A stretch of DNA of 64,000 nucleotides from Nitrospirota bacterium (GTDB lineage: Bacteria; Nitrospirota; Thermodesulfovibrionia; Thermodesulfovibrionales; JdFR-86), in contig CAVRJY010000002.1 in NCBI GenBank assembly GCA_963721805.1, positions 480,001 to 544,000 on the forward strand. The letters run 5' to 3'. Below are positions 37,281 through 47,186 of the stretch, piece after piece (position 1 is the first letter of the stretch; each line of letters opens with the position of its first letter). The translations under genes and the position numbers were made by a program. A model generated the notes under the pieces. The model worked only from the letters and a program-made list of their open reading frames with translations, was not told the origin of the DNA and did not search any database.

Positions 37281-39901
37281 GCTGTCCCCTGTATAAACGG
37301 GCAGTACGGGGCCTCGTGGCAGGTCCTGCAGATGCCCTCCTCGATCGGGCTGGCCGGGTATGCGCCCGAGCGCATCGCCGAGGCGGTCTCGACCAGATAG
37401 GCGGTGGCGGCGTCGATAAATTCGTCAAGGGGGACGATGGGCTTGCGCCTGCCGGGGATGAACGTGGCCTTCATGTCCTTTAGCGAGTACATGCATATGC
37501 GGTCTACAGGCACCCCGGTCAGCCGGAGCATCGCCGCATATAGCGGAAGCTGCAAGCTCTCGCCTCGCTCAAGGATACCCTTCTGGCTTATGGACGCGCC
37601 GCCGGTCTTGAAGTCGATCACGAGCGCGCCGCCGGTCTTACTATCCACGCGGTCGGCCTTGCCCACGAGGCTGACGCCCTCTATCTCGCCCTCGATCTTC
37701 GACTCGGCCGAGCCGAAGAAATATCCCTCGCTCCTGAGCGAGGTCTCGAACTTGTGGATATCCGGGATCGCGGCCATGAAGCTCTCTTTGAGCAGCCGCC
37801 TGAAAAAAGCATCGAGTACGGTTGTCTTTTTGAGCTCGGCCTCGACGATGCGCTGCGCGCGCGTGGCATACTCCGCCGGATCGGCCGAGTACTGCGGCCC
37901 CAGGCGCTCCATGATCCTGTGCGCGGCTATCCCTATGGTCTCGGGCTCGATCTCGTATTCGAGTACTCTAAGCGGCTCGAGGTCGAGGATGCGCTCGATG
38001 TAAAACCTCCTCGGACAGCGGCGGTACGCGTCTATGTCGGTCACGCGTATCGGCCTGTCGAGCCCGTGTTTTGCCGCGGCTCCTATCTCCTGTACCTTGA
38101 AGGCCGCCCCCGGCCGGGCCGAGGCGACTTGCAGCTCTTCCTCGGAATATATGCCCGCGACCGTGCGCTGAACCTCCGTCGCCCCTGAGAGAAAAAGCGA
38201 GGGGATGAAGAACTTGTCGCCCTCCATCGAGGGGTAAGAGAGCCTGAGGGCGCGAGCCGAGGCCGCGAGCCTCGTAAATACCATCTCCTGGAGCCTCAGG
38301 TGGCGCTTCATGTCCACCAGCCCCAGGTGGTGCTTGATGCTCTCAGGCATCAGGAGGTCCAGCTCGGGCTTGGCCGGGATCGCGTCGTCTCTAAGCCCGG
38401 CCAGATAGAGGCTCCAGGGCTCAAGACCCCGGATGTCCCTGAGCTCCGCAACATAGACCCCCTGCTGGTCCGCGGAGTCCTTCAAAGGACGGTCGAGCGC
38501 GACCCTGAACGCATCGATAAATCCCTTAAGGTCAGTGCCCGTCCCCATAATTTCATCGAGGGATGCAAGCAGCGTGAGTGCGGCCTCGAACTCCTCCAGG
38601 CCGTCGAATGGCTTGAATCCGAGGTCACTTAAAATATCATTTAGAGCTTCAATGAATGATGAATAACTACTTGTATTATCTGAATTATCCAGCTTGCGAA
38701 GGATGCGCATGAGCCATCTGCCATCCTCTGCCGCATCCATGGGAGTAAGGGCGGCAAGCCATGTCTCGGCGCCCGAACCGAGTTCGGCGCGCAGGCTCAG
38801 GGTTGGCGCCGCGGCGTGCAGCTTGGGGGGCATCGCGGTAAAATACGGTGACGCGAGGGCCCTGCAGAACTCAACCCTCGGATATCCTCCAGCGACCGCC
38901 TCGAGGAGCGCGAGCAGGTCTTGAAACGGGCGCAGTTGTACCGCGCGGCGCTGCCGTGAGATGCGGTACGGGACGCCGTATTTGTGGAATACGCGCTCGA
39001 CGATGGCCCTGTAGGGCTCGATGTCTGGAAAGCCGACAACAGTCTCATCCAGCCTGCGGTTCGTCCCCGAGAGGTATCCCTGCTTGATCTCGCGGGCGAT
39101 CTGCTCGACCTCCTCCTCCATCGAGCGCGCTGCGTGGTATTCGAACGCCGGGCGGGGCGGGGGCGGGGTCGCCCAGCTTTCGTCCAGCTCATACCGCTCC
39201 CTTAGGCTCTGGCTGAAACAGTGCGAGAGGTCCCCGCCGGGGTCCGAGACAGGGATAAATATCAGGGTCTCGGCAGCGGCCTCGATCAGTGTCGAGACCA
39301 CCTCTAGCTCGGCGTTGTTCATCTCGTAGTATCCGTCGATCACGAGCGTCTCGATCCTTATGTGCTCGCGTATCATTTCCGCGGATGCGGCATATAGATC
39401 GTCGTCGTCGATTGCCCCGGCGCGTTCGAGCGCTTCTTTGTAAGCATCCCAGCCGTCCATCGCCAGAAATGCGCGCTTCGAGACCTCCTCCGGGACGTTC
39501 AGCCCGGTCATCGCCTCTGAGAGTATCGCCCTGACCTCGCCGGGGGTGCGGCCAGGGAAGTGGCGCTTGAGTTCGTTGATAAACCCGGCGGTGATGCGGC
39601 TCAGCCCCATCCCCGAGCCGGTAAGCGAGCCTAGCATAAGCGGTATGAGCGTTGGGGGGACTATCCGTGAACTGCCGTAGGTCTTATGGAGGCCGCGGCA
39701 GAGGCCGCTGAGTTTCTGGAGCCGCGGCGGGCGGTAGCACTCGCCGCCTATGGACTTAAAAAGCAGCTTGCCGGCATAGAGCAGGCTGTCGGTGGGCGCT
39801 ATGTATGTGACGCCCGAGAAATCGCGTCCGGGCGATCCGCGCAGCGCGGCCTCTCGTGCCGTGCCCGCTGCGGGCGGGATGTAGTGGATACGGATACCCA
39901 T
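37277..39901 (-). CDS. addB: AddB-like PD-(D/E)XK nuclease subunit with Fe-S cysteines
   Basis: Inactive helicase-like N-terminus; CP...GKADRVD...DFKTG...CRTC...C; coupled to addA. Confidence 0.82.
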   Translation of the reverse strand: MGIRIHYIPPAAGTAREAALRGSPGRDFSGVTYIAPTDSLLYAGKLLFKSIGGECYRPPRLQKLSGLCRGLHKTYGSSRIVPPTLIPLMLGSLTGSGMGLSRITAGFINELKRHFPGRTPGEVRAILSEAMTGLNVPEEVSKRAFLAMDGWDAYKEALERAGAIDDDDLYAASAEMIREHIRIETLVIDGYYEMNNAELEVVSTLIEAAAETLIFIPVSDPGGDLSHCFSQSLRERYELDESWATPPPPRPAFEYHAARSMEEEVEQIAREIKQGYLSGTNRRLDETVVGFPDIEPYRAIVERVFHKYGVPYRISRQRRAVQLRPFQDLLALLEAVAGGYPRVEFCRALASPYFTAMPPKLHAAAPTLSLRAELGSGAETWLAALTPMDAAEDGRWLMRILRKLDNSDNTSSYSSFIEALNDILSDLGFKPFDGLEEFEAALTLLASLDEIMGTGTDLKGFIDAFRVALDRPLKDSADQQGVYVAELRDIRGLEPWSLYLAGLRDDAIPAKPELDLLMPESIKHHLGLVDMKRHLRLQEMVFTRLAASARALRLSYPSMEGDKFFIPSLFLSGATEVQRTVAGIYSEEELQVASARPGAAFKVQEIGAAAKHGLDRPIRVTDIDAYRRCPRRFYIERILDLEPLRVLEYEIEPETIGIAAHRIMERLGPQYSADPAEYATRAQRIVEAELKKTTVLDAFFRRLLKESFMAAIPDIHKFETSLRSEGYFFGSAESKIEGEIEGVSLVGKADRVDSKTGGALVIDFKTGGASISQKGILERGESLQLPLYAAMLRLTGVPVDRICMYSLKDMKATFIPGRRKPIVPLDEFIDAATAYLVETASAMRSGAYPASPIEEGICRTCHEAPYCPFIQGTA

Positions 39902-39956
39902 GCCGGATAGGATACGCCAAAGGAAGCGGGCGCGGCAATTATGTCATAGTATAGGG

Positions 39957-41153
39957 ATGGAAACGGTGACATTGAAGGTACTTAAAATGCGCGTCGGCCC
40001 GGTGCACGGAAGGCACCCGTGGGTATTCTCGCAGGCGCTGGCGCATATCCCCGACGGCATGCAAAGCGGCACCCCCGTGAGGCTCGAAGACGAGAAGGGC
40101 GGGTATCTGGCCTCGGGGTACTTTAACTCATACTCGCAGATCGCCGTGAGGCTCTGGGGCTATGACCCGGCCGAAACGATTGACCGCGCGTTTTTCCTGC
40201 GCCGCATAGGGCGAGCGCTGCGGCTCCGGAAGCGTTATGTCGAGACCCCGGAGTGCGACTCCTACAGGCTCATAAACGGCGAGAGCGACCTCCTGCCGGG
40301 CCTGATCGTCGATAAGTACGCCGGGTGCCTGAGCGTGCAGTTTCACACGCCGGGCATCGAGCTCTGGAAGTCCCAGATAGTCGATGCGCTGATCGAGGCT
40401 GTATCGCCCGAGGGCATATACGAGCGCTCGGACGTCTCGGTGCGCACGCGCGAGGGGGGCGAGGGCTCAACAGGGCTGCTGTACGGCGAGGTGCCGGACG
40501 CCGTGACGATAAGGGAAAACGGACTCAGGTTTCTGGTGGACATAAAGCATGGCCAGAAGACCGGGTTTTACCTTGACCAGCGCGAGAAGCGGCGCGCTAT
40601 GATGAAATACTCCGCGGACGCCTCGGTGCTCAACTGCTTTTGCTACACCGGCGGCTTCAGCGTCTATGCGCTCGCCGGCGGGGCCAGGCGCGTCGTGAGC
40701 GTCGACGTCTCTGCCGATGCCCTAAGCCTCGCGCGCGAAAACGTGAGGCTCAACGGCCTGGACGAGGCGCGCTGCGAGTTCATCGGGGCGGACGTCAAGC
40801 GCTACCTGCGTGACGCTCCGAAGGGCGGCGAGGGTTTTGACGTGATCGTGCTCGACCCGCCTGCGTTCGTCAAAGACCGCAAGAAGAAGCCCGAGGGCCT
40901 CGCAGGGTACAGGGGCGTAAACGAGGCCGCCATGAGGCTTATATCCCCGGAAGGCGGCGTGCTTGTGGCATGCTCATGCTCGGCGCACGTATCTATGCAG
41001 GAATTCAGGTATATGCTCTCGGAGTGCGGGGGCTCTGCCCGGCGCACCTTGACGGTGCTCGAGAGCTTCACCCACGGGGCGGACCACCCGGTGCTCGTCC
41101 CGTTTTTCGAGGGCGAGTACCTGAAATGCCTCTACCTCAGGGTGAGTTCGTAG
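39957..41153 (+). CDS. rlmI: 23S rRNA m5C1962 methyltransferase, RlmI family
   Basis: PUA HPWVF, GQKTGFYLDQR, DVIVLDPPAF and EGEYLK. Confidence 0.9.
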   Translation: METVTLKVLKMRVGPVHGRHPWVFSQALAHIPDGMQSGTPVRLEDEKGGYLASGYFNSYSQIAVRLWGYDPAETIDRAFFLRRIGRALRLRKRYVETPECDSYRLINGESDLLPGLIVDKYAGCLSVQFHTPGIELWKSQIVDALIEAVSPEGIYERSDVSVRTREGGEGSTGLLYGEVPDAVTIRENGLRFLVDIKHGQKTGFYLDQREKRRAMMKYSADASVLNCFCYTGGFSVYALAGGARRVVSVDVSADALSLARENVRLNGLDEARCEFIGADVKRYLRDAPKGGEGFDVIVLDPPAFVKDRKKKPEGLAGYRGVNEAAMRLISPEGGVLVACSCSAHVSMQEFRYMLSECGGSARRTLTVLESFTHGADHPVLVPFFEGEYLKCLYLRVSS

Positions 41154-41167
41154 GGGCTGTCGCAGGA

Positions 41168-41731
41168 TCAATTTTGAGGTTGGTTCTTGATCACGCTGTT
41201 AATGACAGCGTTTTCCCGGCTCATCGACCGGTATGCGTTCTCTATGGACTCAATCACCTGCTCGCCCCGGTCGAACTTCCACTTCAGATGCACCGCAAAG
41301 AGCGCGAGGTATGCAGCGCTCAGCACGAGCACTATTACGGTAAGGCGCAGCCAATTGCGCTTTATCAGGAAAATCGCGAGCACGGGCACGATCAGGGTAA
41401 TGATGCAGCCGGTGGCGATAAGGCCCACGGGCGTTGAGAGCGACTGCCGGATGGTCTCCCAAGCGCTCTTTCTGGTTGCCGTAGCCTCGCCCAGGGGTTT
41501 GACCCAAGGCGTGGAGTTGACGAGTGGTGCCTTCTGAGAGGCGGGTGGGGTATAGCCATCCGTGACTGAGTTGACCACCTGCGCGGATTTCCTCAGGTCC
41601 CTGGGTATCGTCTCCGGCCTGTCAGTGAGCGTCACAATTCCGTTGTGGTCGACGTATCTGTAGACGTCGGCCCGGCAGGGCGCGGAGGCCATAAGCACTA
41701 TCGCGGCGATCAAGGCAAATAATGTTCTCAT
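41168..41731 (-). CDS. DUF4124-domain membrane protein
   Basis: Signal peptide, then ADVYRYVDHNGIVTLTDRP, then two TMs. Confidence 0.75.
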   Translation of the reverse strand: MRTLFALIAAIVLMASAPCRADVYRYVDHNGIVTLTDRPETIPRDLRKSAQVVNSVTDGYTPPASQKAPLVNSTPWVKPLGEATATRKSAWETIRQSLSTPVGLIATGCIITLIVPVLAIFLIKRNWLRLTVIVLVLSAAYLALFAVHLKWKFDRGEQVIESIENAYRSMSRENAVINSVIKNQPQN

Positions 41732-41893
41732 TTCTAGATTATGCCTCAAATGTCCGTCCGCGTCCAGCGGGAAGGACCGGCTATCGGGCATGTGGTGGGT
41801 GGGCGGGCTTTACTTCCAAGCGGGAAATCGCCGAATATCCTATATGCGGTGCGCGGATATCCATACGCAGGCACAACCGGGAATGCGGCCGGC

Positions 41894-42985
41894 ATGACGC
41901 CAATACGCATACTCGACCCCGGCCTGAGAAAACTGGGCGGACACCATCACGACATTGATTTAAGGTTGGCACTGGAGCTGCTTGACCGAGGTTATGAGGT
42001 CACACTCCACGGCTGGGCCTCGGCCGATCCTGAACTTATCGCAGACATAAGACGCGCAGGGGTCGCCTTTCTGCCGACGTTTAGGGTGTCAGCATATGCT
42101 GATCTAGCCAGAGGGCAGAGCTATCTTGAATTGGCCCGCAAAACAAACGAAGATCTGCGAGAAGTGCCCGACGACGGTTTATGGCTCTGGCCCACTCTGG
42201 CCCCTTACCAGCTTTTGGCCGCTGCGCTCCACAGCAGGCATCCCGGTCAGCTCGGATGGCTACATCAGCGTCCCTATACTAATAAGCTCCGAGCGCGTAC
42301 CTGGGTCCTGGCCGCCGAGCTCTCGGTCTCGGCGCAGATCCCCGTTGTTTTGGGCGCATTCGAGCCGATGCTCCGCGACGCATTTGCCGCATTCTCAAGA
42401 GGTCTTACGGTTGAGCTCCTGCCCTTGCCTTACGGCGGTGCACCAAACCCGCGCAAGGCCGGCACGCTAAGACGCATAGGGTTTTTCGGGAATCAACGCA
42501 AGGAGCGCGGCATCGAGTTGCTCGAACCGCTTATCTGCCGCCTGCTGGCGCTTGGCTACGAGGTCTTGCTGCAGGATTGCAATGGCGTGCCGAATCCATG
42601 GATGGACGATCCCGGGCTTACGGTGCTCGGGTTCGTGCCTGACTTCCGCGCCGCTGTCGCTTCATGCGACCTGCTCGTCTGGCCGTCAAGGAGCGAGAAA
42701 TACCGCATGCGCATCTCAGGCGTGGTCTGCGAGGCCATAGCCAGCGGCGTGCCGGTCGTGGTGCCGTCCGGATGCGGCCCCGCCGCGCTGACCGAAAAAT
42801 ACGGCTGCGGAACGTTGTTCCACGAGTTCACGGTCGAGTCCGTGCTGGAGGCCATCGCAGAGGCGGCGTCGGGGTATCCCGCGCTATCGTCGGCCGCACG
42901 TCTGGCCGCGATCCGCTGGGGCGAGGAGCACGGGATAGGGCGGCTCGCAGCAATGGTCAGCGCGCATGCCGAAGCTCTGCGCTAG
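41894..42985 (+). CDS. GT-B fold glycosyltransferase (GT4-like)
   Basis: ILDPGL...GHH, GFFGNQRKERG and SGVVCEAIASGVPVVVP; start uncertain. Confidence 0.8.
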   Translation: MTPIRILDPGLRKLGGHHHDIDLRLALELLDRGYEVTLHGWASADPELIADIRRAGVAFLPTFRVSAYADLARGQSYLELARKTNEDLREVPDDGLWLWPTLAPYQLLAAALHSRHPGQLGWLHQRPYTNKLRARTWVLAAELSVSAQIPVVLGAFEPMLRDAFAAFSRGLTVELLPLPYGGAPNPRKAGTLRRIGFFGNQRKERGIELLEPLICRLLALGYEVLLQDCNGVPNPWMDDPGLTVLGFVPDFRAAVASCDLLVWPSRSEKYRMRISGVVCEAIASGVPVVVPSGCGPAALTEKYGCGTLFHEFTVESVLEAIAEAASGYPALSSAARLAAIRWGEEHGIGRLAAMVSAHAEALR

Positions 42986-43842
42986 GAGGAAACCAGCTCC
43001 TTTAGTATCTCCCTGCCTCGCGCGAGGCTGAAGGGCTGGCGCATCAAGGGCCCGGCCGCGAGCACGGGCATCCGCTCTTCCATGAGAGGCCGCGCTGATT
43101 TATAGATGATCCCGGTCGGGATCCTCTCGCCCCACTCAAGAGAGCGCCTGAAGGCCTCGACGCGGTCCGTGGGGTCATACTCCGGTTCGAGCTTGTAGGC
43201 CCGCTGACGGTACCACGCATAGGTGTTGACCTTGTTAAACGTGACGCACGGCTGCAGGATATCGAGGAGCGCATAGCCCTTGTGCGTGATCGCGGCCTTC
43301 ATCAGTTCCTTGAGCTGCACGATGTCGCCGGCGAAGCCGCGTCCGACGAAGCTTATGTCCAGCGCGATAGCGAGAGCGAGCGGGTTCAGGGGCTCCGAGA
43401 GCTCGCCGAACGGGAGGTTTTTGGCCGCCGTACCCTCGGCCGTGGTCGGCGAGGGCTGCCCCTTCGTGAGCCCGTATATCTGGTTGTTGTGCACGAAGTG
43501 CTTGATGTTGAGGTTGCGCCGGGCTGCGTGGATCAGGTGGTTGCCGCCCTCGCCGTAGCCGTCTCCGTCACCGGTGACGTCGATGACGAGCATCTCGTGG
43601 TTGGCGAGCTTTATCCCCTCGGCCACAGGGAGCGACCGGCCGTGCAGGCCGTTGAACACGTTGCACTTCAGATAATGGGGGAGCTTGCTCGACTGCCCGA
43701 TGCCCGAGACTAACATAACCCGATGTGGGGCATAGCCAAGCTCGGTAAGCGTCGCTTTGAGGGAGTTTAAGATCCCAAAATCTCCGCACCCCGGGCACCA
43801 TGCGGGTTTCTGGTCTATGGCGAACTGTTCTGTCCCGGACAT
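42982..43842 (-). CDS. korB: 2-oxoacid:ferredoxin oxidoreductase beta subunit
   Basis: WCPGCG, TPP motif GDGDG...NN and QPCVTFN. Confidence 0.92.
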   Translation of the reverse strand: MSGTEQFAIDQKPAWCPGCGDFGILNSLKATLTELGYAPHRVMLVSGIGQSSKLPHYLKCNVFNGLHGRSLPVAEGIKLANHEMLVIDVTGDGDGYGEGGNHLIHAARRNLNIKHFVHNNQIYGLTKGQPSPTTAEGTAAKNLPFGELSEPLNPLALAIALDISFVGRGFAGDIVQLKELMKAAITHKGYALLDILQPCVTFNKVNTYAWYRQRAYKLEPEYDPTDRVEAFRRSLEWGERIPTGIIYKSARPLMEERMPVLAAGPLMRQPFSLARGREILKELVSS

Positions 43843-45548
43843 TATTTTTCAAGCCCCCTCAGGATGTAATCCACGGTAAACGGCCTGCCGTCATACCGTG
43901 TTATTAGGCCCGAAAACTCAACCCCGGTATGCATGCGCAGCAGTGACGCGAACTGACCGGTCGCGTTGCTCTCGACGCATACCGCACGCTTCGCGCCCTT
44001 GAGATAATCGACGTAGTCTCCGGAGGGCAGGGGGCATATCTCGTTGAAATAGAGCATCGCAGCGCTCGTGCCCGAGGCGTTGAGGGTGTCGACAGCCTCC
44101 TTGAGCACCCCGTAGGTCGAGCCCCAGCCGGTGAGGATGAGTTCCGGCTTGTCCGATCCGTAGCGCATCGGCTGCGAGATCTCGGCCCTCAACGCGTCGA
44201 TCTTCTTAAACAGGCGCTTCTGAACCATCTTGATGCGCGTGGCCGCGTCCTCGATTATGTGGCCGTCCTCGTCATGTTCGTCGCTGTCCGCGACCACGAC
44301 GTGAGGGGATTCGCCGGGCACCGCGAGAGGGGTGATTCCGCTGTCAGTGAATTTGTGGCGTTTGTATTCCTTGACAGTGGCCAGCGCCTCGGCCCTGAGC
44401 CTGTAGTCGTTGTAGATGAGCTTGCCGGTCTCCAGCGAGTCGTAGGTCCACTGCGCGTCGCCCAGGTACTGGTCGAAGACAACGAAGGCGGGGATCTGGT
44501 ATTTCTCTGCGATCTCGAACGCCTTGCTCGTAAGGTAGATCGCCTGCTCCGGCGAGCCGGGCGCGAAGACCGCGCGCGGGAACTCGCCGTGTCCCGCAAA
44601 CAGGATAAATAGTAGATCGCCCTGCTCGGTGCGCGTAGGCAGGCCGGTGGCGGGGCCCGGCCGCATCGCCTCGAATATCACAATCGGCGTCTCGGTCATC
44701 CCGGCGAGCGAGAGCCCCTCGACCATGAGCGCGAAGCCGCCGCCGGAGCTTCCGGTCGCGGCGCGCACACCGGCGAACGACGCCCCGAGCGCCATGTTGA
44801 TCGCTGCGATCTCGTCTTCGGCCTGCTCGACCACGACCCCGTACTTCGCGGCCTTCGACGCGATCACGTTCATCACTGCCGTCGCTGGGGTCATCGGGTA
44901 CGCGCTGTAGAACTTAAGGCCGGAGGCGAGCGCGCCGTAACCAGCTGCCACGCCTCCGTTTATGATGAGCTTGGGTTTGTTCGACGGCGCAGCGGACGCA
45001 AAGCGGCACTCGCTGCAGTGTTCCTTCGCGTAATCGAACCCGGCGCGCGCCGAGCGCAGGTTCTCCTCGACCACCTCCGCGCCCTTCTTGGTGAAGTGCT
45101 CCCTGAGCAGGCCTTCGAGCGAAGAGATCTCCATGCCGAGCATCCCGAGCACCGCTCCGGTCGCGACGGTATTCGCCATCACAGGGCCGCCGCCGTGCTC
45201 CACAGCGAGGCGCTTAAACGGGATGTCCATCATGCCGGGGCGGTCGGCCTTGATCCCGAGGGTATCGGAGTCGAGCGCGGCCATGCCTCCGTCAGCCATT
45301 TCGTTTAGGTCGATCTCGATGCTGGCCCTGTCCAGCGCCACGAGGATATCGATGCGTTCGGAAGCGGACATCACGCGGCGGTCGGCCAGGCGTATCTGAT
45401 AGAAGTTATGCCCGCCGCGCACGCGGCTCTCGTAGTCCTGGTTCGAAAACACATGGTATCCCGACCGGGCGCATACCTCGCTGAAGAGTTCGCCGACGGT
45501 CTGCACGCCCTGTCCGGCCTCGCCGCAAATCCGGATCGTGTAGTCCAC
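43842..45548 (-). CDS. korA: 2-oxoacid:ferredoxin oxidoreductase alpha subunit (gamma-alpha fusion)
   Basis: GEAGQG, YPMTP, QAEDEIAA and RPGPATGLPT. Confidence 0.92.
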   Translation of the reverse strand: MDYTIRICGEAGQGVQTVGELFSEVCARSGYHVFSNQDYESRVRGGHNFYQIRLADRRVMSASERIDILVALDRASIEIDLNEMADGGMAALDSDTLGIKADRPGMMDIPFKRLAVEHGGGPVMANTVATGAVLGMLGMEISSLEGLLREHFTKKGAEVVEENLRSARAGFDYAKEHCSECRFASAAPSNKPKLIINGGVAAGYGALASGLKFYSAYPMTPATAVMNVIASKAAKYGVVVEQAEDEIAAINMALGASFAGVRAATGSSGGGFALMVEGLSLAGMTETPIVIFEAMRPGPATGLPTRTEQGDLLFILFAGHGEFPRAVFAPGSPEQAIYLTSKAFEIAEKYQIPAFVVFDQYLGDAQWTYDSLETGKLIYNDYRLRAEALATVKEYKRHKFTDSGITPLAVPGESPHVVVADSDEHDEDGHIIEDAATRIKMVQKRLFKKIDALRAEISQPMRYGSDKPELILTGWGSTYGVLKEAVDTLNASGTSAAMLYFNEICPLPSGDYVDYLKGAKRAVCVESNATGQFASLLRMHTGVEFSGLITRYDGRPFTVDYILRGLEK

Positions 45549-46037
45549 TCAGCCTTCCACTATGCTGTGCTCTGACCACATGAACCAGTTGCCCGTGTCC
45601 GTCAGGAAAGAGTGCGTGTTGGAGAACGCCTCGTAATGTTTCTGCTCCTCGGCCATGAGCACCTTGAACAGTTCCCTGAAGCGCTCCTCGTGCGTCCGGT
45701 CCTCCGACAGGAGCTTGTAGAAATCATACCCCTCGCGCTCCATGCGCATCGCTATCTTGAGGACCTCGATCTCGTCCGTGGTCGCGGTGATGCGCTCCGA
45801 CATCTCGTCCTTCAGTTCGGTGAAGATGGTCTTGATCCTGTCCATCGGGTTGACGCGTTCGAGCTTGAACTCCATCTTGTTGAGCAGCCTGGTCAGGTAT
45901 TCGAGGTGACGCTTCTCGTCCTCGGCGATCGAGAGGAACATCTTCTTGCCGACCTTGTTGGTCGTCCTTCCCGATGCCTCGGTGTAAAACGCGATCGCGT
46001 CGGACTCCATCTTTATGGCCGTCTTTACCTCATCCAT
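45549..46037 (-). CDS. Rubrerythrin-like ferritin-fold protein
   Basis: Two E...FY...ExxH halves (DEKRH, EEQKH). Confidence 0.85.
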   Translation of the reverse strand: MDEVKTAIKMESDAIAFYTEASGRTTNKVGKKMFLSIAEDEKRHLEYLTRLLNKMEFKLERVNPMDRIKTIFTELKDEMSERITATTDEIEVLKIAMRMEREGYDFYKLLSEDRTHEERFRELFKVLMAEEQKHYEAFSNTHSFLTDTGNWFMWSEHSIVEG

Positions 46038-46047
46038 ATCTTATCTC

Positions 46048-46206
46048 CTACACTTTCTCGAATTCGCTTTTTGGCGCGCCGCAGACCGGGCAGGTCCAGC
46101 CGTCAGGGAGCTTGTCAAAGGGCGTGCCGGGAGGCACTCCATTATCAGGGTCACCAGCCGCCGGGTCATAAACATATCCGCAAACATTGCACTTATACTT
46201 GTCCAT
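46048..46206 (-). CDS. Rubredoxin (52 aa, missing from the ORF track)
   Basis: [15 protein letters not shown]...[24 protein letters not shown]. Confidence 0.96.
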   Translation of the reverse strand: MDKYKCNVCGYVYDPAAGDPDNGVPPGTPFDKLPDGWTCPVCGAPKSEFEKV

Positions 46207-46368
46207 TAGTTTTGTCCTCCTGGGGGAATGTGCATAACCTTATATATAGTCCAATTATGGCCGGTTGTCAACGTATTATACTGGGCACGGTGGGAGGCGT
46301 TTAAATAGGGAATTGCGGCCTGCGTCCGGGGTATCAGGGGAGGGCCCCCGATTGAGGCGGGGAAGGGC

Positions 46369-46734
46369 TTAACCTTTTAGGTTGAGGCGCGAGACCGCCT
46401 TGGCCTCTCCGCCCGTGGAGAGCGAATCGGCGAATCTGCGGGAGGTCCCCAGCGCGCCCATCCTGCCGCTGAGGTCGCTCATCCGCATGCCGACTATCGT
46501 CTGCAGGGCGGCGTCCTCGGCCGCCAGCTGCATGACGACGGATTTGAGCCGTTCGCGTTCGGCCTCCGGAGGCGGGGTTGCCATCAGGGGCTTCAGGCGT
46601 TCGATCACGGATGCGCGCTCCTGCATGAGGCTTGCAGCCTCATCGAGCCTGCCTTCGACCAGCGCCTTGCGCTGGCGGTTAAAGAGGCCCAGGAGTTCCT
46701 CGCACAGGGCGAGGTGCCCGTCGTGTCCGCTCAC
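46369..46734 (-). CDS. FliT/FlgN-like flagellar export chaperone
   Basis: Helical protein with a GTGA overlap to fliS; position after fliD-fliS. Confidence 0.6.
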   Translation of the reverse strand: MSGHDGHLALCEELLGLFNRQRKALVEGRLDEAASLMQERASVIERLKPLMATPPPEAERERLKSVVMQLAAEDAALQTIVGMRMSDLSGRMGALGTSRRFADSLSTGGEAKAVSRLNLKG

Positions 46735-47165
46735 GCCCTGATATTGGCGAGCATCGGGGCCGCGCCTGCCTGCGGGGCTGTTACGGTGGCGTTGGACCTG
46801 CGGTAGTTCAGTTCCATCTGCTTCCATCCGGCCCTGAGCTCGGAGAGCACGCGGAGCGAGTCGTCATAGCCCTTGAGGTCGTTTTTGATGCTGATGTCGA
46901 TGAGGCGGCGCATGATGAAGGCATAAAGCTTTGAGAGGTTCGCCGAGATCTCGCCGCCGGATTCCATGTTGAGGCTGCAAGCGAGTTCTCCGATTATGGA
47001 CGTCGTCTTGCCGAGATACATGCCCTTTCCGGCGATGTCTCCCTGCTCGAAGCGCTTTCTCGAGAGGTTCAGGAAGTTTATGGCGCCGTCATAGAGCAGC
47101 GAAACGATCCTCACCCTGTCGGCCGTCTGTATCGACGCGCTCTGGTATGCTGATTTCTCGGTCAT
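46731..47165 (-). CDS. fliS: Flagellin chaperone FliS
   Basis: LLYDGAI, GGEISANLSKLY and ELRAGW. Confidence 0.95.
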   Translation of the reverse strand: MTEKSAYQSASIQTADRVRIVSLLYDGAINFLNLSRKRFEQGDIAGKGMYLGKTTSIIGELACSLNMESGGEISANLSKLYAFIMRRLIDISIKNDLKGYDDSLRVLSELRAGWKQMELNYRRSNATVTAPQAGAAPMLANIRA

Positions 47166-47186
47166 TAGATCTCCCTCCGCACGGTT

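Noticed and set aside
41894..42985. Orphan glycosyltransferase as part of an island
   Set aside because: Codon usage looks slightly atypical, but there are no flanking repeats, mobility genes or other glycan genes.
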